From contig NW_021834249.1 of NCBI RefSeq assembly GCF_006345805.1, positions 13,146 through 77,145 on the forward strand: a stretch of 64,000 nucleotides of DNA, given 5' to 3'. This document shows, piece by piece, positions 12,501 to 26,621 of the stretch. This DNA is from Octopus sinensis. Lineage: Eukaryota. Both the position numbers and the translations under genes were made by a program. Under the pieces are notes generated by a model. It worked only from the letters and a program-made list of their open reading frames with translations, was not told the origin of the DNA and did no database searches. How positions within the stretch are numbered: position 1 is the first letter of the stretch; each line of letters starts with the position of its first letter.

Positions 12501-13134
12501 GAAAGAACCATTGCAGGAACATATCAAAATCGAGGGGGCAAAAGTGATTAAAAGATATAAAATGAATATAGTGATTGATATAATTCTCCACATAATTAAA
12601 TTGTATCACTAATTAGATATGATACAGAAAGCTCTGATATCTGGGAAAAAATTCATTATTTAGAATAACAGCAGTTCCAAAAAAACAGGTTTAAAAAAGC
12701 AATAAATATGCAATGGAATTCCAGAAATCCATTAAAATTAATTTAAACAAATCTAAATAATATTTAAATTTATTAGCAGAAAATTAGGTCTACTATCTTC
12801 ATCATGTTGCCAATTAGGTTTCTAGGAGATTGAATAAATATGTCTTTCTTAAAGAGGTACATATTCGGAAGAATGTATTCCTAGATAAATGATGCCTAAT
12901 TAAAATTATAAAAACAAAACAAAATAAAATTGGACTTTACACTTAAGGTGAAGAACTGAAAATAATTTTTAGTTAACTAAAATTAAAATCTTAATGAGAG
13001 AAAATATATTGTTAACATTAAGGAAATTGTGTTTTCAAAGGGTTGCAAATGAGAGAAACCAGTTTCTTTCATTTTGATGCATGTTTGTCCATTGGAGTGA
13101 TGATGATCATTTAATCATCTTTAAGATTGCTGAT

Positions 13135-13466
13135 ATATATAGGAGCACTCCGTCGGTTACGACGATGAGGGTCCCAGCTGATACGATCAACGGAACAGCT
13201 TGCTCGTGGAATTAACGTGCAAGTGACTGAGCAATCCACAGACACGAGTACCCTTAACGTAGTTCTCAGGGAGATTCAGCATGACACAGAGTGTGACAAG
13301 GCCGGCTCTTTGAAATACAGTTACAACTCATTTTTGCCAGCTGAGTGAACTGGGGCAACGTGAAATAAAGTATCTTGCTCAAGGACACAACGCATCACCG
13401 GGAATCGAACTCATGACCTTACAATCATCAGCCGAATGCCCTAACCACTAAGCCACACGCCTTCAC
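13135..13466 (-). mobile_element. Family B tRNA-derived SINE with 11-bp TSD
   Basis: Minus-strand A-box tggcttagtgg and B-box gagttcgattcc; TSD AGATTGCTGAT at 13124-13134 and 13467-13477; 3' body shared with 36624-37002. Confidence 0.9.
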
Positions 13467-13559
13467 AGATTGCTGATGACTTGTGTGGTAATTTAGTTTA
13501 AAATGAGGAAGAATTACACCTCATCAACCTCATTCTCTCATCTTCAATCCAGTGGCAAG

Positions 13560-14070
13560 AGAAGATCAAGATGACTAAGGATGGAGTTGGATGCAGTGAA
13601 TGACCCCTCTCCACTCCACAACCCATTGCTGCAACCACCTTCCCATCTGTTGAACCATGAAGATTTTTTCTGCAGACTCTGCTGGAGCCAGGATTCACAT
13701 GTATGCATGAGCGAGCGCTAACTCACCAATAGTTACATTACCTGTTGACTGCCTTCACCTGGTGTAACCCATCACTCGATGTAGTTCACTGGGTGTAGCT
13801 GCTGCTGCATGCAAACAACTACTTGGGGGCCACAGGTGAGAGTTGGGTTCCAGGTGGGGACCAAAGCAGATGATCCACCCCTAAGAGTACATGCTCCCCA
13901 CATCAAAGGTGCTACCCCTCTCTGACACTCCATTCACCTCGTCATGAAGATATACAAGAAATGGAGGTCATTAGGCCTAATCTTTGGTAGCCATGGGGAT
14001 ATTGTTGGACATGTTCCAATCTTATTCAACCTCTTTAGTAGGGTATAGTCAACGCTTCCTATTTTCAACT
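13560..14070. other. GC-richer, TE-like unique segment (possible LINE 5' UTR)
   Basis: Composition contrasts with the flanks and nested inverted complementarity is present (13756-13770 with 13845-13856). No ORF support. Confidence 0.25.
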
Positions 14071-14168
14071 CTCATCTGTTTTCAAGCAAGGTAATATGTT
14101 CCCCTAATGTTTCAAACACGACCAGCATGACAGCCAGACATGTTTTCATGGAAGATTGAAAATGAACA

Positions 14169-14388
14169 ACACGCCGGGTGAAATGTCGGGTGAAATGCTT
14201 AGCGGTATTTCACCTGCCATTACGTTGTGAGTTCAAATTCTGCCGAGGTTGACTTTGCCTTTTATCCTTTCGGGGTCGATAAATTAAGTACCAGTTACGC
14301 ACTGGGGTCGATGTAATCGACTTAATACCTATGTCTGTCCTGGTTTGTCCCCTCTATGTTTAGCCTCTTGTGGGTAATAAAGAAATAG
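14169..14388 (+). mobile_element. Family D SINE (D1 tail), 5'-rearranged
   Basis: Same core and tail as 25130-25362. Confidence 0.85.
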
Positions 14389-15074
14389 GTGTTGATGGTG
14401 GTGGTGGTGAAGGTGGAGGTGGTGTTGATAATGTTGTTGCAATTATTGCCACAGGTCAGCTTTAAGCTGAGAAATTCATAGACAAAGGCATTCAGCCATA
14501 ACCTTCCAGTTTTATTTCAGGTAGAATATGTAAAGGAATAGATTATGCAATTTGTGATCTGTTTTCAAGGCAGTAACATGTGATATCAGGTAATTTGGCT
14601 GCTATTTCTAGCTGATCAAGAAGAATGTTTACAGAGCGGCTGTTTAGATGTGTCTGGGGTGGCCTGAAGTAGAGATGAGTGAGGGCAGGAGTAGTAGTTT
14701 TGGTGCAGGTGTTTTAACAGTATTTAAGCCACCACCACCAACAACACCAATACCATTGCTGCTAGCAATCATCATCACTATTACTACTATCACCATATCT
14801 AACCACAACTATCACCACTACTACCACCAATACTGTCACCACTAGCATGAGTGTGATCACAACCACCACCAACAACAACAACTGTACTACAATCATCCCA
14901 TCACTAACAATACCTCCTTCACCACCACCACCACCACCACCACCACTACCACCATCGCTATCACACTAAATCAAACGACTTTTGCTATTGCCACTACCCT
15001 CACAAGATCACCATTGTTATAACCACCACCTACTGCAACAACATCAACAAGACTACTAAAACTACCACCACGAC

Positions 15075-15480
15075 CACCATCTCTCACCTCCACCACTATC
15101 TCACTCCTGCCACCACCTTCTCACCCCACCACCACCACCATCTCACCCACACCACCATCTCACCCCCACCCCCATCTCACCCCCACCACCATCTCATCCC
15201 CACCACCGTCTCACCCCCACTGCCACCATCTCATCCCCACCACCATCTCATCCCCACCACCGTCTCACCCCCACCGTCTCACCCCACCGCCACCATCTCA
15301 CCCCCACCACCACCACCATCTCACCCCCACCACCACCACCATCTCACCCCCACCACCATCTCACCCCCACCACCATCTCATCCCCACCACCATCTCACCC
15401 CCACCACCATCTCACCCCCACCACCGTCTCACCCCAACCGCCACCATCTCACCCCACCACCACCATCTCACCACCCCCAC
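15075..15480. repeat. ~18-bp minisatellite (caccaccatctcaccccc)n
   Basis: Direct reading, about 20 units. Confidence 0.9.
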
Positions 15481-16727
15481 CACCACCAACAACAACCACA
15501 ATTGAACAAATATTTAGGACTTCATTGGTTTATGTCACAAGTGGCTCTAATGAATCTATGAATAATTTACTGGTTATTACTTTTGTTGTTGTTGGCCTTT
15601 TAGAATGGCACATGCCCACCACACCTTTTGTTGTCGACATTGTTAATGTTGCTTTTACTCGTTTTTCTTTGACTTGTTTGTACACCAAACATCCCACCCC
15701 ACCCTACCATAGCTTATAACACCACAACACAACACTGCACGACACTACATGACCTTAACGCACCAGGCAATTCCTCACAACACCTCATAACACCACACAG
15801 TGCTGCACTTTATATTCTGCACCACATAACACTAATATATATACCACATCGCACTACACTGCACTATATCATACTTTACCATTCTGCACTACACTGCACC
15901 ATACCACAGTACAGTGCAGCATACCACACTGCAGCACATTACACTAAACTATACTACACTGCATCACACTGCATCGAAAAATATAACACTACACCACAGC
16001 ACACAACACCACCCATGCAACACTGCACCACACCAGTCCAATCAGTTGTACCAAATCACCAGCATCCAGATAGCTACTACCAATCATCTCAAGCTGTGGT
16101 TTGTAACTGGAAAAGGGATTAGATTAATCCAAGGTGCATTGAGGTAGAAGATAACTGGGCAGTGGGGGCTGATTTGTAAAGGCATGAGATCAGCCTGCCC
16201 CAAGAATGAAAGACTGTTATAGGAGTGGTAGAGGAGGGTGAATGCTTGTGAGAGAATCCTAATTAGTCAAATTGACACCAGTATATAACAGATATTTTTA
16301 TCAACAGTGAAAAGTAAAGGGGAGCTCAAGACAGTTCAAACCGAGGTCATAGTAATATTTAGTTATCCCCAGTATATGACTGGTACTTCACTTTATCAGT
16401 TCTTGAAAGGATGAAAAGAAAAGTTGACATCAAAAATGAATTGAACTCAGAATGTAGGAATATTCAATCAACCACAATAACTTGGTAAAGTAGACCAACC
16501 CCATTAATTAGATAAAAACAAAGTTAACATCAACAAGAATTGAACTCAAAACGTAGCTGAAATAAATTTTAGCAAAAGTCACTCACACAATGTAGGTGCA
16601 AATTTAGAAAGAGTGTGTAAGGTGATTGCAATAAATTAGAACAAAATGAATATAAGTTGTTTTACCTTGTATAGGAAGTATATATAATTATAGTGTATAT
16701 AACCATAGGAAGTGTATATAATATCAC

Positions 16728-17023
16728 TTTTTTTTTTTTCACGTGACCGACCAGACCATCAGATGTTGTTACACATCGCTGGTCACAATGCGTTCGCATT
16801 GTTTTAGCCTTTGAATGACGTCACCCCGCTGGCTAAGCGAGCAGGCCAACAGAAGAAAGAGTGGTGAAAGAGTACAGCAGGGATCACCACCCCCTGCCGG
16901 AGCCTCGTGGAGCTTTTAGGTGTTTTCGCTCAATAAACACACACAACGCCCGGTCTGGGAATCAAAATCACGATCCTCCGACTGCGAGACCGCTGCCCTA
17001 ACCACTGGGCCATTGCGCCTCCA
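16728..17023 (-). mobile_element. Family A tRNA-derived SINE with A-tail
   Basis: Minus-strand head ggaggcgcaatggcccagtggttagggcagcgg (A-box), B-box-like gattcc; oligo(T) at 16728-16739; probable TSD gtatataatat (16714-16724 and 17025-17035). Confidence 0.9.
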
Positions 17024-17339
17024 CGTATATAATATATAGGAAGTATATATAATATTTTGGGTAATATTCTCCTTTTCAAATAGAGTAGAGAAAATACTTT
17101 GATAAAAATGAGTTCAGAGAAATATGTTGTTACCAGCATTCCAATCCCAGTGTAGGAATATTGAATTGATCCCAGTAATTAACGCTCATAATATTTTAAA
17201 GATCTGGAAGGAAGAAGTGCAAATTTGATTTCATTGAGACTTGGACAAAAAATGAGAAAAGCTAAAATTTCTTTCTTGAGACATACAGACCCACTCATTG
17301 GACTGGTTTCCTGGATTTTCTGGTGTATATATTCTTCTC

Positions 17340-17625
17340 GTGGAGGTGCAATGGCCCAGTGGTTAGGGCACCGGACTCGCGGTAGTAGGATTGCGGTTTC
17401 AATTCCCAGACCGGGAGTTGTGAGTGTTTATTGAGCGAATACACCTAAAGCTCCATGATGCTCCGGCAGGGGGTGGTGGCGATCCCCGCTGTACTCTTTA
17501 GCTACAACTTTCTCTCACTCTTTCTTCTGTTGGCCTGCTTGCTTAGCCGGCGGGGTGGCATCATTTGAAGGCTAAAACAATGCGGAGTGCATTGTGACCA
17601 GCGATGTCTAGCAACATCTGATAGC
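17340..17625 (+). mobile_element. Family A tRNA-derived SINE
   Basis: Colinear with 16728-17023 and 26297-26621. Confidence 0.9.
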
Positions 17626-17713
17626 AACATCAGAACTAAATTTCATCAATGTTCTAACGATTCAACTAAATTCATCACAAATACCGATAATAATAATAAT
17701 GATAATAATAATG

Positions 17714-17753
<40 letters not shown>

Positions 17754-17916
17754 CAACATCCATTCATGAATTTATTTATTTATTAATTTTTTAAATACAT
17801 ATTTTACCTGTGAATTTGCATCTGTAATCTGGGAATGCATACAATGAGCTTCTCTGCCCTAGGTGTACGGAAAGCACTCGGCGAGAAACGGAAGAAAATT
17901 TGAAGAAAGAAGGAAA

Positions 17917-18155
17917 AATAATAATAATGATAATAATAATAATCCTTTCTACACGACTTCAAATTTTGGGGAAGAGGGCTCATAGTCTACATCAATCCCA
18001 GCATTTAGCTAGCATTTAATTTATTGACCCTGAAAGGAAGGATAGCAAGGTCCTCCTCAGCTGAATTTGAACTCAAAATGTGAAAAGCAGGAACAAATGC
18101 TGTGAAGCATTTTGTCCAATATGCCAACAATTGCTAACAATTCTACCAGCTCACT
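17917..18155 (-). mobile_element. Family D SINE (D2 tail ending in (ATT)n), diverged
   Basis: Minus strand gtgagctggtagaa...gagttcaaattc...tagaaaggattattatt. Confidence 0.7.
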
Positions 18156-18159
18156 GATT

Positions 18160-18160
18160 G

Positions 18161-18224
<64 letters not shown>

Positions 18225-18321
18225 TAATAATAATAATAATAATTAGAATAATAATAATAATAATAATAATAATTAATAATTAGAATAATAATAATAATTA
18301 GAATAATAATAATAATAATTA

Positions 18322-18367
<46 letters not shown>

Positions 18368-18486
18368 TAGAATAATAATAATAATTAGAATAATAATAAT
18401 AATAATTAGAATAATAATAATAATAACAATAATAATAATAATAATTAGAATAATAATAATAATTAGAATAATAATAATAATAATTA

Positions 18487-18520
<34 letters not shown>

Positions 18521-18590
18521 TAGAATAATAATAATAATAATAATTAGAATAATAATAATAACAATAATAATAATAATAATAATAATAATT
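18160..18590. repeat. (TAA)n array with periodic TTAG interruptions
   Basis: Direct reading. Confidence 0.95.
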
Positions 18591-19537
18591 TCTGTACCAA
18601 AGGTATTTATGAGACTACCTGATTCAGGTTGATCCTTGATAGCAAGGATGTTATAATCATCATCATCAAAATTCAGATAACCAACCCATCCTACCCCAAC
18701 CACCACCACCACAACCATCACTAACACCACCACCACAACTATCACCTCCACTGGCATCACCAATATTATTACCATCACCATTATTACCATCATTTCAATC
18801 AGCACCACCACCACCATCACCACTGCCGCCGCCTTCATTATAAAGCAAAACTTTGGGGACATTGAACGGGTAGGTGGGAGTAGGGGTTAGAAGGAGTCAC
18901 CCCATATCATGTTGTGGCTGAGAAACAGAAGGAAACTGTGTGGTAGGAGGAGACAGGAGGGAGGGTGAGAGAGAGAGAGAGAGAGTAGGAGTGAGTGAAA
19001 GGAGGAAGGAAGATGAGAAAAGAAGAGCGGGGTCAGAGGTCATTGGTTATTAGCAACGTGTGTGTTGTGTGTGTGTGTGTGTGTGTGCGATGGTGGTGGG
19101 GAAGGAAGTCAAGAGAGGGGTTTGGGGTTGCTGTGATCATTTCTACACAGATATGACACTAATCACTGCCATGAATCAATTCTAGTAACATAATGGGGTA
19201 GATAGGGCTTCCCCTCACTCACCCTCATCCCTACCACCACATCCACCATTTGCGTGTTCACATTGTTGTTGTTGTTGTTGTAGTTTTGTGATAGCGGAGA
19301 TGCAGCAGTCATTGCTGTACTGTGCATGTGGTTGCTCTCTATGTGTGCGTGAGTGTGTATATACATGCATACATATATGCACACACACACATATCATCAG
19401 TGAACTAAACCCCTAATATTCTTTATATATATATATATATACACACACATACATATATATATACTTACATACACACACACACATATTATTCTTTATATAT
19501 ATATATATACACACACACACATGCACACACAAACATA

Positions 19538-19590
<53 letters not shown>

Positions 19591-19609
19591 GTATGTATAC
19601 ATCTAGCTA

Positions 19610-20612
19610 ATAGCGAGGGATTATCAATCCAGGCAAAATACTCCATAAGCTCTCTGTTAGCACACCAGGCTAACAATATTGTTTAGATTAGTGAAGAACT
19701 CCGAGTATTCTTATGGCAGGGTCCAAGGTTATGGTTCATCACAATACTATTTTGTAAATCCGTGGTTGGGTTCCAGTGAAACTGGTTTTTTACACAGAGT
19801 GATATACAAGGTCATCAGCACAGAGGAGCTCCCAGAAGCAGCCCACCTTAAATTCCTGTTATTGCTTGGGGGAATATGATGCACAAGAGGGGACCGAGAA
19901 CTGATCCTTGGTGAATCCCTACTTGTAACCTAAATTCATTACTATACTCATTGCCAACCCTGACAGCATCCCTGTATATGGCTTGTACAGCTCTCACCAA
20001 CCTCTCATCTATCCCTTGCTATCACCACCCTTCCAGTCCTTTCAAGCCTATTTCTTTGCTCTGATGGCCCTGTCAACTATAATGTTCCACCACTACGTCA
20101 CTCTATGTCTGGTTGGGACCTGGCACCACCCACAAATTTGGTCAGTGGCCCTCAGTAAGTCATCTCATAGGAACTACCAGTTATCCTCTATATTGCAAGT
20201 CTCCTTCTACTCATCAAATGCTTTGGTTAGGAGGTCCCTAAACCTCTGACTATTCAAAGGATCCTTAAGCTTCCAGATTTTTCTTTTCCAAACTGACTTG
20301 CGTCTTGGAATCATTCGTGCCTGCAGTCTGAAGTCACTAATGTGTAACTTATGCTGAGGGGTACACTCTTCACCAGGGAAGGACTTTGTATTCAAGAGCA
20401 ACCATGACCCCAACTTTCTGGTGAGAACATAGTCGACCTGACTAGCTTGGTCATTGGATTTTATCAGGTAACTGGCCAGTTTACTGAAGTTGGTGTTGCA
20501 TATCATTAGGTCATTCGCATAACAGAACTCCAGCAGCCTTGTTCCCTCCTTGTTTCAAGAGCCAATTCCATGGCCACCATGCACCCCCTGGTAGACACCT
20601 GGGTGCTGTCCA
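19610..20612 (-). mobile_element. RTE-clade LINE remnant: APE endonuclease C-half plus RT core, internally deleted, with frameshifts and stops
   Basis: Minus-strand peptides GHVGQHPGVYQGVHGGHGIG..N.EG.RLLEFC.ANDL.ICNT and SQVDYVL...FPGEECTPQH (APE), WWNIIVDRAIRAKK, GIHQGSVLGPLL and WELLCADDLV (RT QG-x-LSP and YADD equivalents). Confidence 0.9.
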
Positions 20613-20751
20613 ACATGCCCATTAAAATTATTAGCTATGAAGATCAGGTCCCTGTCACTTGTCTTTGATGTAGCCTGCAAAAGAGTGTCATAAAATTAGT
20701 CCTTTTGTTCATCTGATAGGCCCAGTTGGTTCTGGTTGTTGGTTCTCTTCT

Positions 20752-20804
<53 letters not shown>

Positions 20805-20949
20805 TATACACGGATATATATACCTTCATGCATATGTGTGTGTAATTGACTGGTGCCTCTCAAAAATTTCTTGCATGTGCTTATAGTAGAAAGAATTATT
20901 ATTCTCATCATCATCATCATCATCATTAATATTGTTGTTTCATCCATCC

Positions 20950-20956
20950 TTATGTT

Positions 20957-21007
<51 letters not shown>

Positions 21008-21056
21008 GTAATGGTGATGGTGATGGTGGTGGTGGTGTTGGTGGTGGTGGTGGTGG

Positions 21057-21123
<67 letters not shown>

Positions 21124-21210
21124 AATGATGATGATGGTGATGGCGATAGTGGTGGTGATGGTGATGGTGGTGTTGGTGGTGATGGTGATGATGATGATGA
21201 TGATGATGTA
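20950..21210. repeat. (GAT)n/(GGT)n compound microsatellite
   Basis: Direct reading. Confidence 0.95.
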
Positions 21211-21631
21211 AAGTAAATGTTTTCTTTTTTAGTATTCTGAATTTGATAAATGAGGGAAAGATTAAGCACCAGCTAGAATCGTGGAACCACAAATACCAAA
21301 ATGTACCACCACCACCACCACTGCTACCAGCAACAACAACAACATCACCGTTGCCACCTTCACCATCAACACTACCAACACCACAACTACCAGCAAATGC
21401 AAATGACAACCACATCACCAGTACCATTACAACCACCACTACCACTACCACTGCTACCATCACTACTTTCATTACATCTCCAATCAATAAACTGCTACCA
21501 CCACTGCTACAGTCACCACCACCACCACTACCACAACCACAACCATTAGTCACTGAAGCACCACCAACACTGAAGCAAAATTCACTGATTTTATCATCAT
21601 CATCATCATTGTCACCGCCATCACCATTGTC

Positions 21632-21663
<32 letters not shown>

Positions 21664-22000
21664 CAACAACAAAGTCATAACTCACATCATCATAACCACC
21701 ATCATAACTGTTGTCATCATAGCCATCGTCATCATAGCCATCATCATCATCATCATTGTCATCATCATTATCATCATCAACAAATTGGTAAAATCATCTG
21801 AAATGCATCTATTGATATAATACCATAGTCTTTGATTAGTGTGTTCTAGGATCTAACAATCCTCATATGTAATTTTTGTCTAATATTTCCCTGATGAGAT
21901 TCTTACACATAAGCATGAATTTTTATAATTTCAAAACAATTTGTAGGATTATAATATTTGTATTCATATAATGATAATAATAATAATAATAATAATAATG

Positions 22001-22045
<45 letters not shown>

Positions 22046-22159
22046 TATGTTAAACTAAAATATGTCAATCGTAAATCTCCATTTTCTTTTCATTTTTGTA
22101 TATTGATTAAAATATATATATATATATATATTATAATATATATATATATATATTATATA

Positions 22160-22245
<86 letters not shown>

Positions 22246-22319
22246 CTAGTTTCAGCTTGAGAGTTGTGGCCATGCTGGGACACCACTGTTATCTTTGTTA
22301 TATTTTCACTTCTTGAAAC

Positions 22320-22790
22320 CTCTGATATGTGGCATTTGGTGAATGAGGGAGTTTGATGTTGCTGCTCTCATCTGCATTTCTTTCAGTACAGGAGGAGATC
22401 CACCTTTATTTTGAAGACACCTACATACACCCAATGTAGGTCTTTCAGGCGTTTTGGGAGGATACTGAAATGGCATGGGCCCTTGAAATCCAAGCTGTTG
22501 CACGATCTGGTCCTGTATCTTAATGGCAATGTAGGGGTTTTTGGCACTCTGCAGTGTCAGCCCATTCTGCTGTATCAAGAAAGCCATCAGCCCACACCAG
22601 AGCAAGATATCGCCACTCAAATCCAGACCCACGGATGTCATCAACAGCAAAAGAGAGCAGCTGGAGAGATGGGTGGAACATTATTCCAAACTCTATGCCA
22701 TGGAAAACAGCATCTCAGACATGCTAGACATCAGGGACACCTAACCATCATAGAGGACCCAGACACACTGCCAACTGCTGAAGAACTGGT
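22320..22790 (+). mobile_element. RTE-clade LINE fragment (endonuclease-RT linker)
   Basis: ORF 22541-22744: PLKSRPTDVINSKREQLERWVEHYSKLY resembles the RTE linker motif ...Q..RW.EH...L. Confidence 0.7.
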
Positions 22791-23086
22791 AATAAAGAAA
22801 TAAAAGAGGAGGAAGAGAAGAAAAAGAAGACGAAAACAGATACAGGAGGAAGAGGAGGAAGGAAAAGGAAGAAGAAATTTCTACTTCCTTTTTCCTCCTC
22901 CTCCTCCTGTATATATAGGAGTTTACCAAGCATTCGTTGGCCTAGAGCTTTTGTAGAAGAAACCTGCTGAAGGAACCCAAAGTGACCGGGGTGCAAAAGC
23001 AAACTTCTTTAGCACATGGCCATGCCGGGGCTGATTTAGAAATATACATTCATATATTGTGTGATATTCATAGTTATTACATGATT

Positions 23087-23124
<38 letters not shown>

Positions 23125-23647
23125 TGTCAAACCAAGATAAAAGCAAACACACTTTTACATACACACATATATGTATCAGTATATGTATAATTAGTAGGGT
23201 ATTAGCTGACCATCTATCAAACTATCTATGGACACAAACACACACAAAAACACACAGATGTGTGTGTATTTAGCCTTCAGTTCGTTTTAGAAAACTACTA
23301 CTTCACATTTTGGGACACAGCCTATTAACAAAATTTAGGAATGGTCATGGGAACATAAGTTGCCCAACATGTCTGACTTAGTCATTGGGTACCAAGAACA
23401 GAAAATCTAAGAAAAATTCTTACAAATTTTGTGTGGTAAAACATAATCTTCCAATTACAGTAAAACCTCTTTTGCTTGTAACATGGACTAAAATTTATTC
23501 AGCAATTTTTTTTTTGTTTTATAAAAACTACTTTTATTTTTTCACTTTTTGTGTTGTGTGCAAAATTCACCTTGTATAGGCACACACTAATATTTTCAGT
23601 TTATGAAAACATTTCTATGATGCAAAAATATTTTTGCATGTTTATTT

Positions 23648-23699
<52 letters not shown>

Positions 23700-23722
23700 A
23701 TATATATGTATATATATATATA

Positions 23723-23815
<93 letters not shown>

Positions 23816-24521
23816 CATATATATGGAAAAATTATTTACTGCATACCATAAAAAAATAAAATTCCTTTTATTAAAAAAACAGTATATATGTGTGTGTGTG
23901 TGTGTGTGTATTTGTGTTATAAAAATCTAATGTACTTTCAAGATTTTCATATTATTTTTCTTATGTATACATACATTAATGCATGCATACATACATGTAT
24001 ATATGTTTATATATATATATATATATGTTGATATATGTGGTTTTATATATATATATGTTTATATACATATCTATGTGTATGTTGACAGACAGATAGATAG
24101 AAACACATACATACAAGCACACATATATATACACTCAAATATTGATACACTCACACATGCACATACATACTAATATATGCAAACACACATATAAGTATGG
24201 ATATGTGTATGGATGTGTACATATATTAGCAAGGTATTAGTAGAATGCTTAACAAAGCTCCACCTCATACGGCCATTATTTTTGCCGCTACACTCATGTC
24301 ACTGGTTCAAAATTTTGGTATTGTTTTCATTACAAGACATTGTAAGAGATTCTGATGAAGGTTAAACATTCAAACATCAAAGAATGTTATTGCCCTGACA
24401 TTTCTCAGCTTTTCAAAAGTTACAACACATATCTTGTACATGTGTGTGTGTGTGTGTGTGTATGCATGTATTGTTGTGGCGTAAATGTACATATGTATGT
24501 ATATATTATATATGCAAATAT

Positions 24522-24569
<48 letters not shown>

Positions 24570-24716
24570 TATTCACAAATGTATATATAATATCTAATAA
24601 TATACCATTGTATTTACACGTGCATACATGTTTATGCATTTATATGCTTATGTATGTGTGTGTGTGTATATTCCGATACTTATGTAAACATATACATATA
24701 TCTATCTATCTATCTA

Positions 24717-24757
<41 letters not shown>

Positions 24758-24814
24758 ATATATATATATCTATATATATATATATTATATATATATATAT
24801 ATATATACACACAT

Positions 24815-24853
<39 letters not shown>

Positions 24854-24870
24854 GTGACAATTATTTGGTA

Positions 24871-24940
24871 GCCATGACAAAACTCCAAGTTTCGGATGTC
24901 AGGGCAGAAACCCATGCCAGCATCTCTTCAGTTATCGGGC
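24871..24940 (-). ncRNA. Type I hammerhead-like motif, family X copy 1 (in a (TA)n-flanked element ~24850-24990)
   Basis: GCCCGATAA-CTGAAGA-GATG[ctGGCA tgggtttc TGCCctga]CATC-c-GAAA-CT(TGG)AG-T-T-TTGTCATGGC. Stems I, II and III all pair; GUU triplet; one extra C before GAAA. Confidence 0.65.
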
Positions 24941-25129
24941 CATCAAAAAAAATGCTATGAAAATGACCATTATTAAGACAAAAGAGCTATTAGAATCACT
25001 GCTAAGTAAGAGGTGGGAGTAAAGGTAAAGGAGTAAAAATGTTTAGCGTAATCGCGTCAGCGCGCATATCCATACATACATATGCATGCCTGCACACCCT
25101 CGTACATGTACCTATATGTATATACTCAT

Positions 25130-25362
25130 AAGGCGGCAAGCTGGCAGAAACGTTTGCACGCCGGGTGAAATGCCTAACCGTATTTCGTCTGCCGTTACGT
25201 TCTGGGTTCAAATTCCGCCGAGGTCGACTTTGCCCTTCATCCTTTCGGGGTCGATAAATTAAGTACCAGTTACACACTGGGGTCGATGTAATCGACTTAA
25301 TCCCTTTGTCTGTCCTTGTTTGTCCCCTCTGTGTTTAGCCTCTTGTGGGTAGTAAAGAAATA
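25130..25362 (+). mobile_element. Family D SINE, full length, 17-bp TSD
   Basis: TSD TATATGTATATACTCAT at 25113-25129 and 25363-25379. Confidence 0.95.
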
Positions 25363-25867
25363 TATATGTATATACTCATCCACCCTCACTTGAAACACAC
25401 ATTTGCCAAAAAATATATACATACCCACACACACACATGCACACAAAAGAGGTTCATACACACGTCTATATATGCACATGCATATGATAAAACAGAGCTA
25501 AAGGCAAAATACAGAAAAATGTGTAAAAAATAAGCAATAAGAATAAAAAGTAAAGGTGTAAATATGCTCATGGTGAATGTGTATGCACGCATGTTCATGC
25601 ATACACATGCACGCATGCACACCCACATACATGTGTCTATGCGCATATGCTCACCCACACTCGTTTGAGACACGCCCTGCATTCTTGCTCACCACTCGTC
25701 CCAAACAGTTCGACAAAATGCTGTTGAAAGGGTCTTAATCCAACCATGCCCCCATACAATCAATATAGATGGACCGACTAAAGATTCTTCTTCCAGCATT
25801 AGGTTGACAAGCGTTTGACACCCCACTCCAAATTCCTGGCCTTGTACCTTAATAATTTATAATTTCT

Positions 25868-26225
25868 ACATCATCATCATCATCATCATCGTTGTCATCG
25901 TTTAACATCCACTTTCCATGCTGGCATGGGTTGCAGAGTTTGATTGAGGACTGGCAAGCCTGGAGGCGGCACCAGGCTTCAGTTTTATCTGGCAGGGTTT
26001 CTACAGCTGGATGCCCTTCCTAACACCAACCACTCTGAGAGTGTAGTAGATGCCTTTTTACGTGCCACCGGCACAGGGGCCAGTCAGGCAGTACTGGCAA
26101 TGACCTCACTCAAATCTTATAGTAGGTGCCTTTTTACATGCCACCGGCACGGCGGGGCCAGTCAGGTGGCACTGGCATCAGCCACAACTACAATTTCACT
26201 TGACTCAACAGGTCTTCTCAAGCAC
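25868..26225 (-). mobile_element. Family E retroposon
   Basis: (CAT)n tail plus E body and repeated gtgccaccggcac modules. Confidence 0.8.
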
Positions 26226-26296
26226 AGCATATTGCTGTGCCTGTTATACAACCCAGCCCATCACCTTTCTAATTTTAACACTCCTGTATACTTTGT

Positions 26297-26621
26297 GTGG
26301 AGGCGCAATGGCCCAGTGGTTAGGGCAGCGGACTCGCAGTCATAGGATCGTGGTTTTGATTCCCAGACCGGGCGTTGCGAGTGTTTATTGAGCAAAAACA
26401 CCTAAAAGCTCCACGAGGCTCTGGCAGGGGATGGTGGTGATCCCTGCTGTACTCTTTCACCACAACTTTCTCCCACTCTTTCTTCTTCTCTTGGCCTGCT
26501 CGCTTAGCCAATGGGGTGGCGTCATTCGAAGGCTAAAACAATGCGAACGCATTGTGACCAGCGATGTGTAACAACATCTGATGGTCTGGTCGGTCACGTG
26601 GTGGTGGTGGTGGTGGTGGTG
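26297..26621 (+). mobile_element. Family A SINE with (GTG)n tail and 11-bp TSD
   Basis: TSD GTATACTTTGT at 26286-26296 and 26622-26632. Confidence 0.95.

Noticed and set aside
16940-17023. tRNA-like sequences at SINE heads (also 13390-13466, 17340-17415, 26297-26370, 36925-37002)
   Set aside because: A and B boxes are present, but there is no complete cloverleaf or acceptor stem and each runs into a SINE body; not called as tRNA genes.
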